Positions 16,200 through 29,471 of a stretch of DNA of 64,000 nucleotides are shown piece after piece; positions within the stretch are counted from its first letter, which is position 1; the number at the start of each line of letters is the position of its first letter. The DNA is from the human T2T-CHM13v2.0 reference genome, Homo sapiens. The stretch lies in NCBI RefSeq assembly GCF_009914755.1, contig NC_060925.1, one strand, 5' to 3'. A model generated the notes under the pieces. That model was given only the letters and a program-made list of their open reading frames with translations. It ran no database searches and was not told the DNA's origin. A program made the translations under genes and the position numbers.

Positions 16200-16811
16200 T
16201 CATAGTTATTTGAATTACAGGATAGGAAGAAGAAAAATGAACATCACCAATGACTTTGCATCCTCTTTTGGGGAAAAGGCTGGCATATTTTCCATTGTAC
16301 GTACAGTAATTGTATCACGTTAGATGGAAGTATGATTTTCTTATTGACTTATTTGGAGATTAAATATGGATTATAAAAATGTATATGGGTATCAAGTTGA
16401 CAAGAGGTGAACTGTAATAATTCTATGTATCAACTTGGCTATGCTGTGGCACTCAGGTATTTAAGCCAACACTAAAATAAATGTTGCTGTAAAAGTATTA
16501 TGTAGATGTGATTAATATCTATAATCAGTCAATTTTCAGGAAAAGATATAATCCTCTGTAATCTGAATGGGCCTCATCCAGTCAGTCGAAAGGTGTTAAA
16601 AGCAGAACTGAGTTTTCCTAAGGAAGAAAGAATTTGCTTGTGAACTTCAGCATCAGCTCTTCCCAAGGGTTTCCATCTGTCAACCTGCCCTGTGAATTTC
16701 GGACACAAGCAGCCAATCACCACAATCACATAAGCCAATTCTTTGCAATAAATCTCTTAATATTAAGTATCCTACCAGCTCTGTTTCTCTGGTAGAACTC
16801 TGACTGATACA
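16200..16811 (+). mobile_element. ERVL 3' internal remnant with polypurine tract plus MLT2 LTR (~16413-16811)
   Basis: gttgacaagaggtgaac|tgt...; LTR end ctgtttctctggtagaactctgactgataca. Confidence 0.8.
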
Positions 16812-17528
16812 GTTAGCTACGTAGAGAAAATGACATTTGGGCAAAGACTTGCAGTGAAGCATGGTGTGTACAAGGAAAACCAAAAAGGCCAGTGTAGCCG
16901 AATAAGAGTGAGCAAGGGGAGAGATGTAGGAGAGGAGGTTTTTCTATTAACCATAAGAAGCAGCAGAGAAAGTACAGGCTGTGAGTTGAAAGGTCTCCTT
17001 TAGTATCCTTTCTATCATAAGCCAAGCCCACATCATGACAAAAAATGATGCTACCATCATCCAAATATCTGTCCTTGTCCAAAATGGTACAAATGAATGC
17101 TCCCCATCTCCACTGTTGACAAAAGCTTCTGGTTACTACAAGGAGATCTTCTGTAGCTAACTCATTTGACATTACTGCATATATTCAGAACATTCTTTGT
17201 GAGCTGCATCATGTTGGTAGTGTCTCCACTAGAGGTATGGAACTCTGGAGCCAGGTTAGAAAGGGTCCCACCATCCAAACGTGGATCAAGGACTGACCAG
17301 CCATCTACAGGCAATGGGACAGTTTACCTGTTATCCTTGGGTAAGAAGGAGATTTGGAGTCAAGAAGGTATAATGCTTCTAACTGGCCCCACCCAGGTGT
17401 AGTTGAAAAAATAAAGAACAGGATTCCGGATCCAAGATGGCCGAATAGGAACAGCTCTGGTCTGCAGCTCCCAGCGTGATCAATGCAGAAGATGGGTGAT
17501 TTCTGCATTTCCAACTCAGGTACCTGGT

Positions 17529-17861
17529 TCATTTCATTGGGACTAGTTGGACAGTGGGTGCAGCCCACAGAGGGCAAGCCGAAGCAGGGCGGAGCATTGC
17601 CTCACCCAGGAAGTGCAAGGGATCGGGGGATTTCCCTTTCCTAGCCAAGGGAAGCTGTGACAGACAGCACCTGGAAAAACGGGATACTCCCACCCAAATA
17701 CTGTGCTTTTCCAATGGTATTAGCAAATAGCACACCAGGAGATTATATCCCGCACCTGGCTCAGCTGATCCCAAGCCCATGGAGCCTTGCTTACTGCGAG
17801 CACAGCAGTCTGAGATTGACCTGCGAGGCAGCAGCCTGGCAGGGGGAGGGGCATCCACCAT
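17529..17861 (-). CDS. L1 antisense ORF0, open, 110 aa (C-terminally extended); expression unproven
   Basis: MVDAPPPARLLPRRSISDCC...VGVSRFSRC is homologous to L1HS ORF0; Kozak context gtaATGG. Confidence 0.6.
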   Translation of the reverse strand: MVDAPPPARLLPRRSISDCCARSKQGSMGLGSAEPGAGYNLLVCYLLIPLEKHSIWVGVSRFSRCCLSQLPLARKGKSPDPLHFLGEAMLRPASACPLWAAPTVQLVPMK

Positions 17862-20211
17862 TACTGAGGCTTGAGTAGATAAGCAAAGCAGCTGGGGAAG
17901 CTTGAACTGGGCAGAGCCCACCACAGTTCAGCAAGGCCTACTGCCTCTGTAGTCTCCACCTCTGCGGGCAGGGCATAGCTGAACAAAAGACAGCAGACAA
18001 CTTCTGCAGACTTAAACATCCCTGTCTAACAGCTCTGAAGAGAGCAGTGGTTCTCCCAGCACAGTGTTTGACCTCTGAGAATGGACAGACTGCCTCCTCA
18101 AGTGGGTCCTTGATCTCCATGTAGCCTAACTTGGAGACACCTCCCAGTAGGGTCCGACTGACACCTCACACAGGCGGGTGCCCCTTGGGGATGAGGCCTC
18201 CAAAGGAAGGATCAGGCAGCAATATTTGCTGTTCTGCAATATTTGCTGTTCTGCAGCCTCCATTGGTGATATCCAGGCAAACAAGATCTGGAATGGACCT
18301 CCAGCAAACTCCAACAGACCTGCAGCTGAGGGACCTGACTGTTAGAAGGAAAACTAACAAACAGAAAGGAATAGCATCAACATCAACAAAAAGGATAACC
18401 ACACCAAAACCCCATCTGTAGACCACCAACATCAAAGACCAAAGGTAGATAAAACCACAAAGATGAGGAGAAACCAGATCAGGAAAGCTGAAAATTCCAA
18501 AAACCTGAGAGCCTCTTCTCCTCCAAAGGATCGCAGCTCCTCGCCAGCAATGGAACAAAGCTGGATGGAGAATGACTTTGATGAGCTGACAGAAGTAGGC
18601 TTCAGAAGGTCGGTAATAACAAACTTCTCTGAGCTAAAGAAGGATGTTCGAACCCATCGCAAGGAAGCTAAAACCTTGAAAAAAGATTAGATGAATGGCT
18701 ACCTAGAATAAACAGTGTAGAGTAGACCTTAAATGACCTGATGGAGCTGAAAACCATGGCACAAGAACTATGCGACACATGCACAAGCTTCAATAGCCAA
18801 TTCGATCAAGTGGAAGAAAGGGTATCAGTGATTGAAAATCAAATTAATAAAATAAAGTGAGAGGAGAAGTTTAGAGAAAAAAGAGTAAAAACAAATGAAC
18901 AAAGCCTCCAAGAAATATGGCACTATGTGAAAAGACCAAATCTACATTTGATTGGTGTACCTGAAACTGATGGGGAGAATGGAACCAAGTTGGAAAACAC
19001 TCTGCAGGATATTATCCAGGAGAACTTCCCCAACCTAGCGAGACAGGCCAACATTCAAATTCAGGAAATACGGAGAACTCCACAGACACTCCTCGGAACA
19101 GCGACCCCAAGATACATGATTGTCAGATTCACCAAGGTTGAAATGAAGGAAAAAATGTTAAGGGCAGCCAGGTAGAAAGGTCGAGTTACCCACAAAGGGA
19201 AGCCCATCAGACTAACAGCGGATCTCTCAGCAGAAACTCTTACAAGCCAGAAGAGAGTGGGGGCCAATATTCAACATTCTTAAAGAAAATAATTTTCAAC
19301 CCAGAAGTTCATATCCAGCCAAACTAAGCTTCATAAGCAAAGGATAAATAAAATACTTTACAGACAAGCAAACCCTGAGAGATTTTGTCACCACCAGGCC
19401 TGCCCTAAAAGAGCTCCTGAAGGAAGCACTAAACATGAAAAGGAACAACCACTACCAGCCACTGCAAAAACATACCAAATTGTAAAGACTATAAATGCTA
19501 GGAAGAAACTGCATCAACTAACGGACAAAATAACCAGCTAACATCATAATGACAGGATCAAATTCACACATAACAATATTAACCTTAAATGTAAATGGGC
19601 AAAATGCCCCAATTAAAAGACACAAAATGGCAAACTGGATAAAGAGTCAAGCCCCATCAGTGTGCTATATTCAGGAGACCCATCTCACATGCAGAGACAC
19701 ATATAGGCTCAAAATAAAGGGATGGAGGAAGATCTACTAAGCAAATGGAAAGCAAAAAGAAAAAAAAAAAAGCAGGGTTGCAATCCTAGTCTCTGATAAA
19801 AACAGACTTTAAACCAACAAACATCAAAAGAGACAAAGAAGGCCATTACATAATGGTAAAGGGATCAATTCAATAAGAAGAGCTAACTATTCTAAATATA
19901 TATTCACCCAATACAGGAGCACCCAGATTCATAAAGCAAGTCCTTAGAGACCTTAAAAGAGACTTAGACTCCAACCCAGTAATCATGGGAGAGGTTAATA
20001 ACCCACTGTCAATATTAGACAGATCAATGAGACAGAAGGTTAACAAGGATATTCAGGACTTGAACTCAGCTCTGCACCAAGCAGACCTAATAGACATCTA
20101 CAGAACTCTCCACCCCAAATCAACAGAATATACATTCTTCTCAGCACCACATCACACTTATTCCAAAATTGACCACACAGTTGGAAGTAAAGCACTCCTC
20201 AGCAAATGTAA

Positions 20212-20939
<728 letters not shown>

Positions 20940-21822
20940 TGATAAAGGGGTTATCACCACCAATCCCACAGAAATACAAACTACCATCAGAGAAAACTAT
21001 AAACACCTCTATGCAAATAAACTAGAAAATCTAGAAGAAATGGATAAATTCCTGGACACATATGCCCTCCCAAGACTAAACCAGGAAGAAGGGGAATCTC
21101 TGAATAGACCAATAACAGGATCTGAAATTGAGGCAATAATTAATAGCCTACCAACCAAAAAAACTCCACGACCAGATGGATTCACAGCGAAATTCTACCA
21201 GAGCTACAAAGAGGAGCTGGTACCATTCCTTCTGAAACTATTCCAATCAATAGAAAAAGAGGGAATCCTCCCTAACTCATTTTACGAGGCCAGCATCATC
21301 CTGATACCAAAGCCTGGCAGAAACACAACAAAAAAAGAGAATTTTAGACCAATATCCCTAATAAACATTGATGTGAAAATCCTCAGTAAAATACGGGCAA
21401 GCCAAATCCAGCAGCACATCAAAAAGTTTATCCAGCATGATCAAGTTGGCTTAATCCCTGGGATGCAAGGCTGGTTCAACATATGCAAATCAATAAACAT
21501 AATCCATCATATAAACAGAACCAACGACAAAAACTACATGATTATCTCCATAGATGCAGAAAAGGCCTTCAACAAAATTCAACAGCCCTTCATGCTAAAA
21601 ACTCTCAGTAAACTAGGTACTGATGGAATGTATCTCAAAATAATAAGAGCTATTTATGACAAACCCATAGCCAATATCATACTGAATGGGCAAAAACTGG
21701 AAGTATTCCCTTTGAAAACTGGCACAAGACAGAGATGCCCTCTCTCACCACTCCTATTCAACATAGTGTTGGAAGTTCTGGCCAGAGCAATCAGGCAAGA
21801 GAAAGAAATAAAAGGTATTTAA

Positions 21823-22335
<513 letters not shown>

Positions 22336-22786
22336 TAAGCAAAAAGAACAAAGCTGGAGGCATCATGCTACCTGACTTCCAACGATACTACAAGGCTACA
22401 GTAACCAAAACAGCGTGGTACTGGTACCAAAACAGATATATAGACTAATGGAACAGAACAGAGGCCTTAGAAGTAACACCACACATCTACAACCATCTGA
22501 TCTTTGACAAACCTGACAAAAACAAGAAATGGGGAAAGGATTCTCTATTTAATAAATGGTGCTGGGAAAACTGGCTAGCCATATTGGAAAGCTGAAACTG
22601 AACCCCTTCCTTACACCTTATACAAACATTAATTCAAGATGGATTAAGGACTTAAATGTGAGAACTAAAACCATAAAAACCCTAGAAGAAAACCTAGGCA
22701 ATACCATTCAGGACATAGGCATGGGCAAGGACTTCATGACTAAAACACCAAAAGCAATGGCAACAAAAGCCAAAATAGACAAATGA

Positions 22787-23143
<357 letters not shown>

Positions 23144-24582
23144 TAGAGAGGATGTGGAGAAATAGGAACACTTCTACACTGTTGGTGGGACTGTAAACTA
23201 GCTCAACCATTGTGGAAGACAGTGTGGTGATTCCTCAAGGATCTAGAACTAGAAATACCATTTGACCCAGCAATCCCATTACTGGGTATATACCCAAAGG
23301 ATTATAAATCATGCTACTATAAAGACACATGCACACGTACATTTATTACGGCACTATTCACAATAGCAAAGAACTTGGAACTGACCCAAATGTCCATCAA
23401 TGATAGGCTGGATTAAGAAAATGTGGCACATATACACCATGGAATACTATGCAGCCATTAAAAAGGATGAGTTCATGTCCTTTGCAGGGACATGGATGCA
23501 GCTGGAAACCATCATTCTGAGCAAACTATCACAAGGCAGAAAACCAAACACCACATGTTCTCACTCATAGTTGGGAATTGAACAATGAGAACACTTGGAC
23601 ACAGGGCAGGTAACATCACACCCCGGGGCCTGTCATGGGATGGGGGACGGGGGAGGGATAGCGTTAGGAGAAATACCTAACATAAATGATGAGTTAATGG
23701 ATGCAGCAAACCAACATGGCACATGTATACCTATGTAATAAGCCTGCACTTTGTGCACATGTACCCTAGAACTTAAAGTATAACAAAGAGAAGTTAAAAA
23801 ATTAAAAAATAAAAAATAAAATAAAAATAAAGACCAGGCACCATCAAAGGCAGATAATGACAAGTTGGGTGCATAAAGCCTAATAAGATACCTTGTCAGG
23901 GCTTCCTAGCCTCTTACTTGCCCCAGCAAAAAGAAGAATGCCAAATTTTCCTAACTACAAAGATTATCAAAATAATAACAATTTTAAGTATATTTATTAA
24001 GATGTAAAAATGTTCATGATTATATAAAGTGAAGAAAAGGCAACATAATCACATTTAATGTATACACTATTCCTAGATGTGTCTGAATTTCATAAACATT
24101 AACATTTGAAAAATGAATTTCTTAGCATTTAGGAAATAGGATATCTACAAAGAAACAAGTTAAATGCACACACCAAAAAAATGTAAAATGCCATGTGGTT
24201 GTTGTGATTACAGGTACTTTTTATTTTCTTCTTTTCACTACCTGTATCTTCTTTGCCTATAACAGTATGAATTGCTCTAATAACAAAATTGTTTAAAAAC
24301 TCCTTCATGTACATGAAGCACTTCTAGCTCCTCATAAAAGTGATTTGACACTTTTAATCTCAAGCAAGCTGAAACAGAGCTTTTCCAGCCTGCTTTTGCA
24401 CATGGGAAAGTATAAAGCTCAAAGGAGTTAGGTCACTTACCCAGTATCATACACTGTGGTGTGTAAGCCCAGCCAAGACAGGCGTCTGGGGGTCCTGAAG
24501 GTCCTCTCCATGATTAGCACACTAGTTTTGTGCCATTGCCTCAGCCCATGCACCCCCTAAAAGTGAGGCTCAAGATGAGCTA

Positions 24583-24747
<165 letters not shown>

Positions 24748-24919
24748 TCAACCACATCCCAAAGGTGCACAGACATTCACATTACAAGTTATACTGTCAG
24801 AAACAGACACCTCCAATGCCCTCCTAAGCTCCCATGAGTCACTCTGCATCCCTGCAAGCAAGACCCACTGCTCCGTAAAGCACCTTGTGTGTCGCAACTT
24901 GCTTTTCCCCTGCACTTTC

Positions 24920-25050
24920 ACTTCATCCTAATCGTAGTTTGTGAAGTTGGTACAGCAGGTTTTAGTACCATTTTACAAATAGGGAGACTAAGACACAGAG
25001 TGCCTGGACAATGAGAAAGAGTCTAGAACATCTCTTCACTCTGGCCCAAG
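24920..25050 (-). mobile_element. MIR
   Basis: ccattttacaaatagggagactaagacacagag. Confidence 0.65.
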
Positions 25051-26627
25051 CCTTCTTCAGAAGATAATATCGGGTAATTGAGATGTTTCTGTGACTTGGT
25101 AACTTGGCTCAGGCTGTTCCCAGTCCCCAGGCTATCTGATCTTGCAGAAACAGTTGGTTCTGCATTTTAAATGGACAAGCTAGTCAAATGGCCATTCTAT
25201 GCATTACCTTCTCCAAGGCCAGAGGAATAAGAAATGATTTCAACCCCTGGGTAGGTGGGGGAAAAGCAGTGGTAGATTTTAGTCTGCTTTAGGATGGGAG
25301 AAAGATGGTTGGTGACAGGTCCTTACTGAGAATCGAAGATGTCTGAGTGATCTTGACACCTTTTAAAGGCCCCCAAAGACAACTGTCCATTTCAACACTC
25401 AACAACCCATCTGTATCAAGGTTATGACCATGGCAGTTGCCCCATCAGACCCTTGAAGTCCTGTCAGTATTCTCAAGACCAGGCTTGGGTTTTAGGAGCT
25501 CCAAAAACCCAGATGTGGGGTATACAGCAAATAAACAGAGCATGCAACTATTTTTACATTACAGCTAAAAGCAGGACTAGATGATTTTATTTTTTTATAT
25601 CCTTCAGAGTTTAGAAGCATTCAGCAACTTCCAGTAGAAATCTCATCTGCCAAATTTTACCCTGGAGCAACTTTCCAAGATAGACTTATAGAATCCAGAG
25701 GACAGTGGAGTTAAACAGAAAAATGTCCATATTTTATTTTTCTACACAACCTATGAGAATCATAAACTGGATAAATTTTTGTCAATATAATAAGAATAGC
25801 AAATCAGCTCTTTTTTATCTCATTCAAGAAGTGCCAGGCTTTAATAAAAAGCAGTAGTGCTTTCATCCACCCTGATGCCACAAAGCAGAAATGTGGAACT
25901 GCTGGGGTTGGCTTGAAAAGATACACATAGTGGTTTCACTGTGGGGGGGTCCCATTAATGTTAACAGGAGGGCACAGCATGGACTCTGTAGGGGTCTTTG
26001 ACATCTCCCCCAGTGTCAATGAATGTGCTATGGGAACTATGAACTAAGATTTTTTAAAAGTCACTTTCAGAGGCAGGCTCTACTTCAGCTTAAAATAAAG
26101 CTGAAACTGGATTCTAAAAAGCTTTTCGAGAAGAGCAGAGAGTTTATTTTTCAGTCAGTTGTGTATGTAAACATCAGCAAGGGCTCTGCACCCACCCTAC
26201 TACCACCACCAGCGTGATCTATATACTGTGAGAACAGTGATGAGAGGGAGCTGGCAGGGCAGGTGCCCCAAACCCCTTGGTTCATCACCTGATATAACAT
26301 AAAAGAATAAAAAGAAATATCCCTGGACCTCTGGTCATTTCCCTAGACTCAGGATAGCCCCTCACTCTCTGGCCTAGCCCTGATTCTCTTTGCAAGAGTG
26401 GGCTCTTAAAAGAGTGGGTTCTCAGCTGGCTGAGCAAGGGCATGGGAAGGTGAGTGGGTGTTGAAAAGGAAATGGATGAACAGTGTGAAATCTGCATTAC
26501 ACTTCTACCCAGCATGGGCAGGAAAGAAGGAAATAAGTTTTCGCCCAAGTTCCCAAACCCATATTTTCCTTCCTGCTCTATAGATACTTTATAATGGCAA
26601 TCATGCCTCGCCAGATGAAAAAATAGA

Positions 26628-27565
26628 TTCACTCATTCATGTGTTAATTCTATAAACATAACTACTATGTACCAGGCATGGTACTAGATACTAGAGATAC
26701 TAACATGAATAAGACACAGATTCTGGCCTCAGAGAGCACACACTCTAGCAGGGAAGACTGAAAAATTAAGAAATCATGACATAGTGAGCTAAGTTCTATG
26801 ACAGGGATGAGTACAGAATGCTGTGGCCAAGACTGTCAAAAGGATGCATATCTAATCCAGGCTGGGGAGTCAAAGCAGGTTTCCTGGAGGAGATGGCACT
26901 AGAGCAAAGTTTTGAACAATGAGTAAGATTTAGGTAGACTTAAGGAAAGAAAGATATCCCACACAGAAGGAACAGCACCTACAAAGGCAGAAAATTATAA
27001 AACAGGGTAATATGCCCGTGAAGAACAAGACATTCTGAATGGCTGGATAAAGGGCCATGGTTTATAAGTGGGAGGGGGATGCCAGGTGTGTCCTGAGATG
27101 ATGCTAAAGAGGTTGGTAGGGGCCAAACCAAGAAGAACCTGGACAGTAAAAACCTAGAAGGTAAGTTAAGAAATTTGAACTTCATCCTGAAACCCACTGA
27201 GAGCCACTGAAGGACTTTAAATTTGGTGAGGAGGGAGATACACATGCCAATTTGCATTTTAAATGAACAGAACAACAAAGTGGATAGTGGGCTAGAAAAA
27301 AAAAAAAAAGACTGACAGATAGAAGATATGTCAGCACAACAGGCAAGAGACCATGTGGGCCTGGACCAATGCTGTGGCCTGGGCCAGGGGTCAAGGGGAG
27401 ACTTGAGGGCAGCTACAGAGTCAGGACTCTGAAAAAAATAGCTACACAGGAAAAGAAGAAGCAACCTAGGAGGCTCCTGAGTTTCTGGTTTGGATGACGA
27501 CTGGGGTGACAGCTAATCAATGAGATTAAAAACATAGGAAGAGCAAACCAGTTTGGTGAAAGATA
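26628..27565 (-). mobile_element. L2
   Basis: ctactatgtaccaggc...aataagacacag...ttcctggaggag...gagccactgaaggact. Confidence 0.8.
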
Positions 27566-27779
27566 ATATGTACAATTTGGACCAACAGTGTCCCTTATAG
27601 CAGACCCATCAGAAGAATCACTTCTGGAGAAAGTGAAACTCCTATTGTCCAAAAGGCCAAATGGGAGCGGACAACCCAAACTGAACTTAGCTCAAAATGG
27701 TCTTGTTCAGGGGAAATCAGACAGTCATTTTCCGCATGATTCATCATCGTCCTTCAAGGAAGGATACTGACCTACCCCA

Positions 27780-27995
27780 GCAGACTTACCTGCTCCTTGT
27801 ATTGAACCCCCACTTGCTTTAGGCAGGCATATATTAGATCATTGACTGTGCTTCACTGTTTTATTTGCTTACCTGTCTATCCCTTCTCCCAAATAGACTC
27901 AGAGGCTCTATCGCAGGTGTTTCCTTGTGTCTAGCACCTAGCACGAGGCTAGGCACCCAACAGGTGAATACAATAGGTATATTGGACAAATAAAG
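27780..27995 (+). mobile_element. L2 3' end
   Basis: cctagcacgaggctaggcacccaacaggtg. Confidence 0.6.
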
Positions 27996-29416
27996 AACAA
28001 ATATTTTTTTTTCTCTCATCACCCTACTTCTGTCTGGGTTTCCAATAGATATAAAGTCCCAAAGGATAGGCGGTCCATTTCACAAACTCTCTTCAGTTTC
28101 AGGGGATATTTCTGTGCCTGTCTTTTGCCAGGCATTTTTCTGCACCCACTCCTCCAATTATATCCCACTTGGAAGTTCAACACTGAATTGAGCTCAAATG
28201 AAGAAACCCCTAGCCCAGGATTCTTCCAGTTCTATCACAAATGTCACCAGCAAGTTAGGCATAACAGGGCTGCGGATGCCATGAGAAAATTGAAACCATA
28301 CCATGATCAGGAAAATGAGAGGGGAAGTGGGCAGGAGCAGAAGAGGAAGAGTATAGAGAGAAAAAAGATAAAGGAGGGGAACATAGTACACAATCTAGCA
28401 ATCAGTTAAAAGCTATTTACTGGGTCTTTTCTCCATTCTCAGGAATGGAGAAATGGCTTTTCCCCTGTCTTGACTCCACAATGGCTGGTGGGTGTCAACT
28501 TAGCTGAGCCACCAATGAGCCTGAATCTTTCTTTTTTAGGCCAGAAGAGATGGTGTTGGGATGAGTTAGAATTCCAACTCCTCTGAGAATAAGTCCAGGG
28601 GTACCAAAAAAGACAGAGGCCAGCCTTGTCCTGAGATACAGGGTCAGAAATTCAGAGGAGCTGATAGCATAATCCAAACATCCAGCAAAGAACAGTGGAC
28701 ACAAGGTACAGCATGGAGAGTCAGTGCAGACCACTGCCTAAGCGTCCTCAAGTCTCCTCCCACAATCTTTTCCTTACCAATGTATAAAGAACCAAAAATC
28801 TAGAATGGCTTCCTCAAGTAGCAGTCACTAAATCATCACTTTCCCACCAACCTGAGGGCAGAGACATAAAATATTAACATTGAAGGGGGTGTGGGGCCTG
28901 CGACTTGTGTCTATTACTATTTCTCCCATGTCCAACATGAAGATACATGGAGAAGGGTCAACAGTTACAACAGTTTGCCAGAGCCTTCATCCTTCAATAT
29001 TCTACATCTCTGGCTCTTAGAAACCTACTCTGAAGTTTTGCATTCCTTTTGTCGTCTGTATTTGGCTCAAGTTTAACTCTGAATTTAGAAGTAAATATGT
29101 GAATCTTTGAAAATGAATTTGCTCCTTTAATATGAGATTAGTTGGTGGGATAATAGAGAAAACAAGAGGATTGACTCATCCTTTGGTGAGCAATATAAAG
29201 AGAGAAAATTCTGAGCTTTACACTCTAATTCTATACTCATTTGCCCAAACCTGCTGGCTCAGAAGACAGAACGCAACAGAAACATATCCCACAGCCTACT
29301 CCCAATTATCTATAACAAAAGAAAAAGCAAGAGAAGGAACAAATGAAATCACTGGAGCATCACAGATTCTCATTTTAGGCAGGAATTTCTACCTACTCTC
29401 TCATTCAGCCTTTAAG

Positions 29417-29419
<3 letters not shown>

Positions 29420-29454
<35 letters not shown>

Positions 29455-29471
29455 CACACACACACACACAC
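29420..29471. repeat. (CA)n microsatellite
   Basis: About 25 units with one CG interruption. Confidence 0.95.

Noticed and set aside
28428-28453. Perfect 11-bp hairpin tttctccattc-tcag-gaatggagaaa
   Set aside because: Short enough to arise by chance in 64 kb, with no supporting context
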